From assembly GCA_039714075.1 (NCBI GenBank), contig JBDLKA010000102.1, positions 1 through 11,953 of the forward strand: a stretch of DNA of 11,953 nucleotides, in the 5' to 3' direction. This stretch comes from Candidatus Krumholzibacteriota bacterium. GTDB taxonomy: Bacteria; Krumholzibacteriota; Krumholzibacteriia; LZORAL124-64-63. Positions 1 to 7,081 of this stretch are shown here, in pieces (positions within the stretch are counted from its first letter, which is position 1; each line of letters opens with the position of its first letter). Below the pieces are notes generated by a model. The model was given only the letters and a program-made list of their open reading frames with translations. It was not told the origin of the DNA and ran no database searches. Both the position numbers and the translations under genes were made by a program.

Positions 1-999
1 GTCGAACTCGCCCAGGTGGTCGAGCATCATCTTGGCCGACAGGATCATGGCGATGGGGTTGACCTTGTTCATGCCCACGTACTTGGGCGCCGAACCGTGC
101 GACGGCTCGAACACGGCCACCTTTTTGCCGATGTTGCCGCTGCAGGCGAAACCGAGGCCGCCCACCAGCTGGGCGCACAGGTCGCTGACGATGTCGCCGA
201 ACATGTTGCTGGCCACCAGCACCCCGTAGTCCTCGGGGTTCTTGACCAGCCACATGCACATGGCGTCGATGTTGGTCTCCCACAGATCGATGCCGGGGTA
301 CTCCTCGGCGATCTTGCGGGCCTCGCGCACCATCAGGCCGCTGGTCTCTCGCACCACGTTGGGTTTCTCGACGACGGTCACGGATTTGTAACCGAACTTC
401 TTGGCGTACTCGAAAGCGTCACGCACGATGTTCTGGCAACCCTTGCGGGTGAAGATCCGCGTCGAGATGGCGATGTCCTCGTTGTCCACGCCGTCCATCT
501 TGCCCATCTGGGCGGGATGCGTCTGGGTCAGCTTGTCACGGACGTCCTGGGGCAGGGGATGGTACTCCACGCCCGCGTACAGACCCTCGGTGTTCTGGCG
601 GAACACGACCAGGTCCAGCCCGTCCTTGAAGTTCAGCGGGTTGCCCGTGTAGGCCTTGCAGGGACGCAGGTTGGTGCTCAGGTTGAATTCCTGACGCAGC
701 TTCACGATGGGGCTGCGGTACACCTTGCCGGTGCCCTGCAGTTCGGGAACCAGCGCGTCCTCGGCCTCTTCCTTGGGCAGGCTGGTGATGGCGCCGAACA
801 GGGCGGCATCCACGTTGTTCAGCATTTCGATGGTGCGGTCGGGCAGGGGGTTGGCTTCGGTCTTCCAGAACTCCCAGCCGATGTCGCCGTGCACGTACTC
901 GGCGTCGAATCCCAATTTGTCCAGCACGATGCGGGTGGCGTCCATGACGTCGACTCCCACTCCGTCGCCGGGCATCCAGCCGATGGTGTACTTGGCCAT
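1..999 (-). CDS. Isocitrate/isopropylmalate (beta-decarboxylating) dehydrogenase family protein, 3' end outside the window
   Basis: Missing from the ORF track because it has no stop in the window. Manual translation from ATG at 999 gives MAKYTIGWMPGDGVGVDVM...YRSPIVKLRQEFNLSTNLRP...VFRQNTEGLY...EKPNV...NIDAM...SNMFGDIVSDLCAQLVGGLG...VFEPSHGSAPKYVGMNKVNP, which carries the family motifs. SD AAGGAG on the minus strand at ~1008-1013. Confidence 0.95.
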   Translation of the reverse strand, partial: MAKYTIGWMPGDGVGVDVMDATRIVLDKLGFDAEYVHGDIGWEFWKTEANPLPDRTIEMLNNVDAALFGAITSLPKEEAEDALVPELQGTGKVYRSPIVKLRQEFNLSTNLRPCKAYTGNPLNFKDGLDLVVFRQNTEGLYAGVEYHPLPQDVRDKLTQTHPAQMGKMDGVDNEDIAISTRIFTRKGCQNIVRDAFEYAKKFGYKSVTVVEKPNVVRETSGLMVREARKIAEEYPGIDLWETNIDAMCMWLVKNPEDYGVLVASNMFGDIVSDLCAQLVGGLGFACSGNIGKKVAVFEPSHGSAPKYVGMNKVNPIAMILSAKMMLDHLGEFD

Positions 1000-1064
1000 T
1001 TTCCAGTCTCCTTGAAAGGATCCGTGGTTTTTGGGCCCCCGGGGGGCCCGGAATTGATGCCCCC

Positions 1065-1093
1065 AAGATATTCGCCCGAGGCCGGAAAGCCAA
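1065..1093 (-). promoter_or_regulatory. Putative sigma70 promoter for the dehydrogenase gene
   Basis: Minus strand TTGGCT (1093-1088), 17 nt, TATCTT (1070-1065), about 65 nt upstream of the ATG. Confidence 0.5.
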
Positions 1094-1149
1094 GCGGGGG
1101 GTTTGGTTTCTCTATTACTGCGCCTGGCCGCAAAAACGATCCAGGCATC

Positions 1150-1181
1150 AAAAAGAGGTGTCCCCGGGGGCACCTGTTTTT
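1150..1181. terminator. Bidirectional intrinsic terminator-like hairpin
   Basis: AAAAA-g-AGGTGTCC-ccgg-GGGCACCT-g-TTTTT: 8-bp stem (one G-U pair on the + strand) with an A run on the left and a T run on the right. Confidence 0.6.
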
Positions 1182-1220
1182 GCTGTATTGTGATTCCTGC
1201 GGGATATTTTTTGCCTATAC

Positions 1221-1281
1221 TGTAACCTACCCCTCAAAGTGGACCAGCGATTTTTGGAGCAATCTGGCATAATCAAGCCGG
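1221..1281 (+). mobile_element. IS3-family terminal inverted repeat (left-end-like) remnant, no transposase attached
   Basis: TGTAACCTACCCCTCAAAGTGGACCA resembles IS3-type ends (TG..CCTACCC..N7-8..TGGAC). It is followed by CTGGC-ATAATCAA-GCCGG, a small inverted repeat around a TGnCATAAT -10-like element, and sits at the start of the AT-rich segment. Confidence 0.5.
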
Positions 1282-1390
1282 GCAATCAGCAGGCTGTGAA
1301 ACTTATCCCACGAACTGTGACTATTTGCCTGCTCCATTGACCATTTGGATCGGCCCAGATAAAGCGTAGACAGATGAAGGAAATAACATA

Positions 1391-2017
1391 ATGACGGTAG
1401 GGAAAACCCTCTTATTCAGGGCTACAATATGTGCGGTGATGTTTTTTCCCTCGTTGCTTTCCGCTTCCGGGGAGGACGCGATACTGAGACATTCGTTTGC
1501 GGAACCCGGAATCTCGGAGTTGACCGCCGGGATCAATGAAGTGCCTGGTGACTATAGCCAAGCCGTTGCGGAAAACATCATCTGTAGATGGAAGGCGATA
1601 CCAAATAGTCTGGTCCAAAACCCGGATATGAAATGGCAATCAATTGTATTTCAAGCGAATGGAAATGTTGAAATCTCCTACGAAATGAATAGCGATGGGA
1701 TCGATCAACAGTTCGTTGGGTCATATGAAGTTGTTCACAAGGCGAAATTGGGGAGGGGAAATCCACCCAACATCGTGATCAGGTCACGACATGCGGAAAT
1801 TGAAAACCTGAATGTTCTTGTCAAAGTGAGAATCGGTGAATTCAGCTACTTTCCCCCGGGCAATCCTGTACTGTGGTTCCAGGATCCGGATGGTTATGAC
1901 TACGTTTTTGAACCTGCGGAGATTTCGGATGAACGTCGGATGAAGCTTCTCTACCGAGCAAGTACCAAAGAAGAAGATGATTCCCACAGGAATACGAAAA
2001 ATAATCATTTCCAATAA
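1391..2017 (+). CDS. Hypothetical secreted protein, possibly with a lipocalin-like beta-barrel domain; AT-rich gene
   Basis: 208-aa ORF with SD GAAGGA 9 nt before ATG. N-terminal signal-peptide-like segment (..VMFFPSLLSA). Central IICRWK..IVFQANGNVEI..FVGSYEV pattern resembles lipocalin-like domains. Codon usage visibly more AT-rich than the host genes. Confidence 0.65.
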   Translation: MTVGKTLLFRATICAVMFFPSLLSASGEDAILRHSFAEPGISELTAGINEVPGDYSQAVAENIICRWKAIPNSLVQNPDMKWQSIVFQANGNVEISYEMNSDGIDQQFVGSYEVVHKAKLGRGNPPNIVIRSRHAEIENLNVLVKVRIGEFSYFPPGNPVLWFQDPDGYDYVFEPAEISDERRMKLLYRASTKEEDDSHRNTKNNHFQ

Positions 2018-2052
2018 TGTCGGGCTACGGACCCAATCGTGACGCCAAGGTC

Positions 2053-3570
2053 CTAGAACGACCCCGCCCCAACCTCAATCGCGTACCCGATACTCTCCCA
2101 GTTCAAAAACCCTTTGTTCTTCATCCCGAACCGAACCCCCCAGAAATCCGTCCCCAACACCGTCAGGAACCGCAGCGGCGTGGCGTTCATGTTGAAACGC
2201 ATCTTGAGGCCGGCCTCGGTCATCTGGTCGGTGTGCAGATTGCCCTCGTCGTCCTTGTCCCACTCCCAGCCCATGGCGAAATAGCCGTCGAACCAGCGCG
2301 AGGCGCTGGTGGTGTACATCAGGTTCCAGGACAGATCGCGGAATTTCTGGTCCTTCAGGTAGACCCGGTTCACGAACCAGCCGCCACCGACGGGATCGGC
2401 CACGTTCTTGACGATCAACAGGGGGAAGATCATGGACAGGCCGACGGTGTTCTTGCGGCTGCCGTAGTTCAAGCCCTCCAGCCGGAGCGAAAGGGAATAG
2501 GAGTTGATGAACCTGTCCTCGTCCAGCCAGCGGCCGAACTTGGTGAGGTCCGTGTTCTCCACGATCTCCGGCCAGTCCTCGTCGCCCTTGTCGGCGATGA
2601 AGTGGGTCAGGTGCGGATCGTAGGCCTCGGCCAGATCGGACCGGGGGAAGGGACGCAGTTCGTAGATGGCGTTGTCCGGGGCGTAGACCCCGTCCACCAG
2701 GTACTTTTCGTGCAGGGCGAATCCCTCGAAAGAAGGCGGGAAAACCCGGTATTCCGGGGTCCGCTTCTTGGCCATCCAGGCCTGCCAGCCGCCCGAGTAC
2801 AACCCGCCCGAGCGCATGATGTCCCGCAGGCCCCAGGCGTCGTTGACCCGGGTGTTCACGTCGTAGGTCGGGGTGTAGACGCCGTCCTGATTCTTGTCGG
2901 GACAGCTGGCGTGCTTGCCTTCCTCGACCAGGATGGTCATGGGAAACTCGGTGTACTGGTCAGTCAGCAGGGTGTTGTCGTACCACAGGATGCCGTGCGC
3001 CTTGGCGATGGTGCGGTCGACCCGCAGGGCGTAGTGGGGCTTCTCGCAGTGTTCGCAACGCTGGATGAAGGTCTTCAGGTAGACGGCTTCGACATCGTGC
3101 TCATGGGCGCCCAGGCCCTCTTCGCTGGGGTAGTAGAAGAAAAAGTCGAGGTCCACGCCCGCGATCTGCCGGAAGTCGACCAGGGTGTCGACGCGGTCGG
3201 CGTCCTCGGCGATGATGACTTCGTCGTCCTGGTCGGCGCGCACCAGCAGCGTGCGGATCCGGTAGTAGACCACCGGGGATTCGGCCACGCCCTCGAACGG
3301 GAAGGCCATCGGCACCATGATGTCCTTGCCGGAGGCGCCCAAAAGGTTCGGCTCGTCGGGCGACAGCCACAGGATGGGGGCGCACAGGGCGGCGTACTGC
3401 TTGAAGGTGATCTTGGGGTCCTCTCCGGCGGCGATGACCCCGACGGCGTCTTTCAGCCGGCAAACGGGCTCGCCGGGGGATTCCTCCGTCGGTTCGGCGG
3501 CAAAAGCGGGACCGGCCAGGGCCGTCAGCAAAACCATCAAAATTACCAGAACGGATATCTTCTGCGACAT
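2053..3570 (-). CDS. Secreted/outer-membrane protein (505 aa): soluble N-terminal domain plus probable C-terminal beta-barrel
   Basis: True start is probably ATG at 3570 (MSQKISVLVILMVLLTALAGPAFA|AE, classic Sec/SPI signal, GGAG SD just upstream), not 3813. Host-like GC3 usage. The C-terminal ~150 aa show alternating amphipathic strands and end in YAIEVGAGSF. Confidence 0.85.
   Translation of the reverse strand: MSQKISVLVILMVLLTALAGPAFAAEPTEESPGEPVCRLKDAVGVIAAGEDPKITFKQYAALCAPILWLSPDEPNLLGASGKDIMVPMAFPFEGVAESPVVYYRIRTLLVRADQDDEVIIAEDADRVDTLVDFRQIAGVDLDFFFYYPSEEGLGAHEHDVEAVYLKTFIQRCEHCEKPHYALRVDRTIAKAHGILWYDNTLLTDQYTEFPMTILVEEGKHASCPDKNQDGVYTPTYDVNTRVNDAWGLRDIMRSGGLYSGGWQAWMAKKRTPEYRVFPPSFEGFALHEKYLVDGVYAPDNAIYELRPFPRSDLAEAYDPHLTHFIADKGDEDWPEIVENTDLTKFGRWLDEDRFINSYSLSLRLEGLNYGSRKNTVGLSMIFPLLIVKNVADPVGGGWFVNRVYLKDQKFRDLSWNLMYTTSASRWFDGYFAMGWEWDKDDEGNLHTDQMTEAGLKMRFNMNATPLRFLTVLGTDFWGVRFGMKNKGFLNWESIGYAIEVGAGSF
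2055..2074 (+). repeat. Direct repeat copy 1 (AGAACGACCCCGCCCCAACC)
   Basis: 19/20 identical to 5270-5289. Confidence 0.75.
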
Positions 3571-3613
3571 GGCCCATCTCCCGGTTGGCTCCCCGCGGTC
3601 CCAAGTGGGCCGG

Positions 3614-3642
3614 ATCATGCCAAAGAAGACCGGCATGGTCAA
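3614..3642 (-). promoter_or_regulatory. Putative sigma70 promoter for the 2053-3570 gene
   Basis: Minus strand TTGACC (3642-3637), 17 nt, CATGAT (3619-3614), with an extended -10 TG. Supports the 3570 start. Confidence 0.65.
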
Positions 3643-3712
3643 CCATCGCCGCGGGGCGGAAAGCCAAAAAAGGAATTGACCGCTCAATGTCGATTGTACT
3701 TGCCTGCCTTCT

Positions 3713-3940
3713 ATGGGGCAGGCTGTTAAGACGTACTTTGCCAGCACGCTGAAGGTGGAGCGGTCGGACTGGAAGAAATACCGGACCCGGAAGGAAGCAG
3801 CGGATGATCTCAACTGGTGGATCGGGACGTGGTATAATCAGAAGAGGCTGCACTCGAGCCTGGGTTACAAGACCCCGAACGAGTATGGAAAAGAGAAGAA
3901 AGTTGCTTAATCAAAAGTCGGAAATACTAGGGCAAGATCA
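3713..3940 (+). mobile_element. IS3-family remnant: 3' end of transposase OrfB (integrase core C-terminus) plus right inverted repeat
   Basis: Peptide ..STLKVE..YRTRKEAADDLNWWIGTWYNQKRLHSSLGYKTPNEY (3713-3910) matches the IS3 OrfB C-terminal YNxxRxHSSLGYxTP motif. The element ends ...GGGCAAGATCA at 3940; its reverse complement TGATCTTGCCC resembles the IS3 terminus. The rest of the element is missing. Confidence 0.9.
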
Positions 3941-4033
3941 GAGTGTCAAGCGGTGTGTATTTTGTTCGATTAAAGGGGCTGGAAGTTGATCTGATAAAAA
4001 GGGTTGTTTTGCTGAAATAGGGGAGCGGCCAAC

Positions 4034-5251
4034 ATGGCTCACAGAAATGACACCGCAGTAATGATTTGCTTAATAGGGCTTCTGTTGGCGACAACTCCCG
4101 CTTTGGCTGCTTCCTGGCTGGTCACCAAAGAGGGTAACGGCGACTTTTTGGTCATTCAGGAGGCAGTTGATATTGCGGCCTCCGGAGATACGATTTTTGT
4201 CGGACCAGGATACTATGACGATTTTCAATGGCTCAGTTTGGGGAATTCTGCAGTATATGTTTTTTCAGAAGACAAAGACCTGACTATTATCGGTGAAGGT
4301 CCTGACAGGACCTTTGTGGGCTTCCAGAACCCTCCCTTTGTCCCTCGCGTGTATTTATATGGGATCTTGGTCAGGGGAGATGGCGTTTCCCTCCGTGTTG
4401 AAGGGATTGGATTTAATGACATGAATGGTGACGCCATTCGGCTGGAGAGAGGACATCTAGAGGTTTCCAATTGTGATTTCCAAAATACTAGATCCGGGAT
4501 TTTTGCCTTTGCTCCTGGGGGCGGCTTTGTCCGCAATTGCAATTTTGATAACATTGGGTATCGCCCGACAATTATTGGCGGTACAAGTGTCAGTTTTACC
4601 ACGGATTCAGAAGGGATGGTAATCGAAAACTGCAATTTTGAGCATTGTTGGCAAGGTGTTGGATTTTTTTGGGACTGTACGGATATGATGGTTCGTTTTT
4701 GTAATTTTTATAATGGTGATGTTGGAGTTAATTTCACCGACGGTTCTTCGGGTACTGTGCGAGAATGTACCCTTTCCAATATGGGATCTTATGGTGTTGT
4801 GGGGAATAGGGCGGGCACTGTTGTTATTGAAGACAACCGAATCACGGTGAGCAATCCATCATATGTTGCTTATGGGTTCAGTGTTTTCAGTTCACCCGGG
4901 ATCTATGTTCTTCGCCGTAATGTGATTGTTGCCGAAGGAATAAGTCATTGTCTGAATTTTTCCCTACCTGGGTTTTTCATTAATTCTCACGACAATCATT
5001 TTTTACGGTATGGAGATACCTCCCTTTTTGCCAGAGCCTATGTTAGTGACTCCTACGTTGGCGACCCTCTTCACGTGGATCTGGGGGGGAATTGGTGGGG
5101 GACCACGGATTCGACCTATGTGGCTCAGTGGATTGAGGACCGGAACGATGATCCAGACCTGAAATACTACATCGATTATCAGCCCATGCTCAACGACGCG
5201 GTTCCAGTGGAAAAAACCAATTTGGGAAGCATAAAGGCTATGTTTCGGTAA
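4034..5251 (+). CDS. Secreted right-handed parallel beta-helix (pectin-lyase-like) repeat protein with a short C-terminal tail; AT-rich gene
   Basis: SD GGGAG; signal peptide ending ALA|AS; N-terminal GDFLVIQEAVDIAASGDTIFVGPGYY cap; repeated VSNCDF, VRNCNF, IENCNF, VRFCNF, VRECTL rungs; GNWWGT motif near the end. Confidence 0.9.
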   Translation: MAHRNDTAVMICLIGLLLATTPALAASWLVTKEGNGDFLVIQEAVDIAASGDTIFVGPGYYDDFQWLSLGNSAVYVFSEDKDLTIIGEGPDRTFVGFQNPPFVPRVYLYGILVRGDGVSLRVEGIGFNDMNGDAIRLERGHLEVSNCDFQNTRSGIFAFAPGGGFVRNCNFDNIGYRPTIIGGTSVSFTTDSEGMVIENCNFEHCWQGVGFFWDCTDMMVRFCNFYNGDVGVNFTDGSSGTVRECTLSNMGSYGVVGNRAGTVVIEDNRITVSNPSYVAYGFSVFSSPGIYVLRRNVIVAEGISHCLNFSLPGFFINSHDNHFLRYGDTSLFARAYVSDSYVGDPLHVDLGGNWWGTTDSTYVAQWIEDRNDDPDLKYYIDYQPMLNDAVPVEKTNLGSIKAMFR

Positions 5252-5269
5252 CTCGAATTGTGAAAACTC

Positions 5270-5289
5270 AGAACAACCCCGCCCCAACC
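5270..5289 (+). repeat. Direct repeat copy 2 (AGAACAACCCCGCCCCAACC)
   Basis: 19/20 identical to 2055-2074. Confidence 0.75.
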
Positions 5290-5517
5290 CGGTCTGTCAC
5301 GGTCAGCCTGCTTTAAGTTCGTTCTCCGCCTCCTACAGTAATCCGACATCCAGGTATTTACGATAGCCCCACTTCGTTCCCGAGATATGCCTGAGTCTGG
5401 CCACCACCAGCATCAGAGCCCCATTAAAGGTTGCCTGATCCGGGGCCTGAAGTTAAGTATGGAGGGCTCAAAAAACCGTTGAATCGGTCTTTATCGACCT
5501 TTACCGCAGGGGTGCCC

Positions 5518-7068
5518 ATGTCCAGACCTCCCGGCTCCAAATTACTGTTGATATTCCTGTTGGTTCTGGCGGTCCTGGATCCCGGTCAATCGTTCGCCTC
5601 GGACCCCCCCAAACCAGGCGCCGGCCCCTGGAACCTGACCCTGTTCCACACCAACGACACCCACAGCTATTTCCTGCCCCGGCCCGCGTCCTGGCGCGAC
5701 GACGGCCGCATGGTCGGCGGCGTGATCCCGCTGGCCTGGCACCTGGAAGACCAGCGCCGGACCACCACGAACGATCTGTTCCTGGACGCCGGCGACTTCA
5801 TGACCGGCAACCCGGTGTGCAACCTGGAAGAGGACGGCACCCCCGGCGTGGCGGTGGCCCGCATGATGACCGCCCTGGGTTATGACGCCGGCGTCATCGG
5901 CAACCACGAATTCGACATCGGCAGCACCAACGTTTCCGCCCTGGTGCCGCATTTCGGTTTTCCCTTGTTGGCCGCCGATATCGTCGACGAAAAAGGGGAG
6001 CCGGTTTTCCGGCGTGAACCGTTGATCATCACCAAAGGCGACCTGAAAATCGGGATCATGGGAGTTTCCTGCGACGGCATGGAGGAAGTCGTGGCTCCCA
6101 GCCGGATGCCCGGACTGGCCATGACCGACCAGGCAGAACTGGCGCGCAAACTGGCCGCCGACATCGACGACCAGACCGATCTGCTGGTTCTCATCACCCA
6201 CAACGGGGTGGGCGGCGACAAGGAACTTGCGCGGCGGCTGGAGGGCTCGGGCATCGACATCATCGTCGGGGGCCACAGCCACTCGCGGCTGAAGCAGCCG
6301 GTGCTCGAGGGCGGCATCCTCATTGTGCAGGCCGGATCGAAGATGACCAACCTGGGCCGGTTGGACCTGAAGGTCGCAGACGACCGGGTGGTCGAATACA
6401 ACGGCCGCCTGGTGACCCTGTGGTCCGACGGCACGCACGCGGATCCGGAGCTGACGAAACTGGTGCAGGGCTACGAGCATCGGGTCATGGAGGAATTCGG
6501 GCAAACCATCGGCTCCGCCCCCCACGACCTGAAAAAGGGCCGCGGCGAAAGCAACCTGGGCAACTGGCTGGCCGACGTGATGCGAAACAGCGCGGGCGCG
6601 GACGTGGGCGTCGTCAATTCCGGTGGGATCCGCAAGGGCATCAAGGCCGGACCGGTCACGGCGCTGGACATCCACGAGATGCTGCCCTTCGCCAACGCCC
6701 TGGTCACGGTCGAACTGACCGACCGGCAGCTGGCCGCCGTCGTGCAGCAGAACGCCGACGCCGCCGTGAGCCGCAAACACGGCATACTTCAGGTGTCGGG
6801 AATCAGTTATACTTATCGCCGGGCGCCGGACGGCGAAACCGCCGAGGTGCAGGAAATCCTGGTGAACGGAAAGCCGCTGGCTGCGGGCGGCGTCTACACT
6901 GTGGCCATGCCCGACTTCGTGGGGATGATGGCCGACGTCTACCTGAACATCGAGATGCCCCCCGTGGAGGACCAGGGGATCACCATGTCCGCCGCGGCCA
7001 TCGCGTCAATTGTGAAAACGGGTACGATCACGGCCGAGGTCGAGGGCCGGATCAGGGAATTGAAGTAG
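5518..7068 (+). CDS. Bifunctional metallophosphatase / 5'-nucleotidase (UshA-like UDP-sugar hydrolase family), secreted
   Basis: Start most likely ATG 5518 (MSRPPGSKLLLIFLLVLAVL..SFA|SD signal). Metallophosphoesterase motifs HTNDTH, LDAGD, GNHEFD, THNG, GGHSH; 5'-nucleotidase C-domain motifs ESNLGNWLAD, NSGGIR, LPFAN, QVSG. Confidence 0.95.
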   Translation: MSRPPGSKLLLIFLLVLAVLDPGQSFASDPPKPGAGPWNLTLFHTNDTHSYFLPRPASWRDDGRMVGGVIPLAWHLEDQRRTTTNDLFLDAGDFMTGNPVCNLEEDGTPGVAVARMMTALGYDAGVIGNHEFDIGSTNVSALVPHFGFPLLAADIVDEKGEPVFRREPLIITKGDLKIGIMGVSCDGMEEVVAPSRMPGLAMTDQAELARKLAADIDDQTDLLVLITHNGVGGDKELARRLEGSGIDIIVGGHSHSRLKQPVLEGGILIVQAGSKMTNLGRLDLKVADDRVVEYNGRLVTLWSDGTHADPELTKLVQGYEHRVMEEFGQTIGSAPHDLKKGRGESNLGNWLADVMRNSAGADVGVVNSGGIRKGIKAGPVTALDIHEMLPFANALVTVELTDRQLAAVVQQNADAAVSRKHGILQVSGISYTYRRAPDGETAEVQEILVNGKPLAAGGVYTVAMPDFVGMMADVYLNIEMPPVEDQGITMSAAAIASIVKTGTITAEVEGRIRELK

Positions 7069-7081
7069 GACGGCATTCCTT

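Noticed and set aside
16..1272. 418-aa + strand ORF
   Set aside because: Antisense shadow of the dehydrogenase, caused by high GC3. The minus frame carries all the family motifs.
3045..3062. CEHC as a heme c attachment site
   Set aside because: The sequence is CxxCE, not CxxCH; a disulfide or metal site is more likely.
1083..3667. Shared 11-mer CGGAAAGCCAA upstream of both minus-strand genes (1083 and 3657)
   Set aside because: Different positions relative to the predicted promoters; one 11-mer match in 12 kb is expected by chance.
3675..3688. ATTGA-CCGC-TCAAT palindrome as an FNR/CRP box
   Set aside because: The spacer is 2 nt too short for TTGAT-N4-ATCAA, and the palindrome is short enough to be chance.
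2017..3729. 570-aa + strand ORF
   Set aside because: Antisense shadow of the 2053-3570 gene, with no recognisable motifs or signals.
3571..3813. N-terminal extension of the 586-aa ORF
   Set aside because: It runs through the promoter and the IS3 remnant. Signal peptide, SD and promoter all support ATG 3570.
1221..3940. Single composite or non-autonomous IS3 transposon
   Set aside because: The two ends are poorly complementary, no target-site duplication is visible, and the internal gene has host-like composition.
5252..5430. Integron attC site or CRISPR repeat after the AT-rich genes
   Set aside because: No RYYYAAC..GTTRRRY pair with an internal palindrome, no integrase, and no regularly spaced repeats.
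5431..5459. TTGCCT-17-TAAGTA promoter for the nucleotidase
   Set aside because: The -10 lacks the conserved final T; plausible but too weak to list as a feature.
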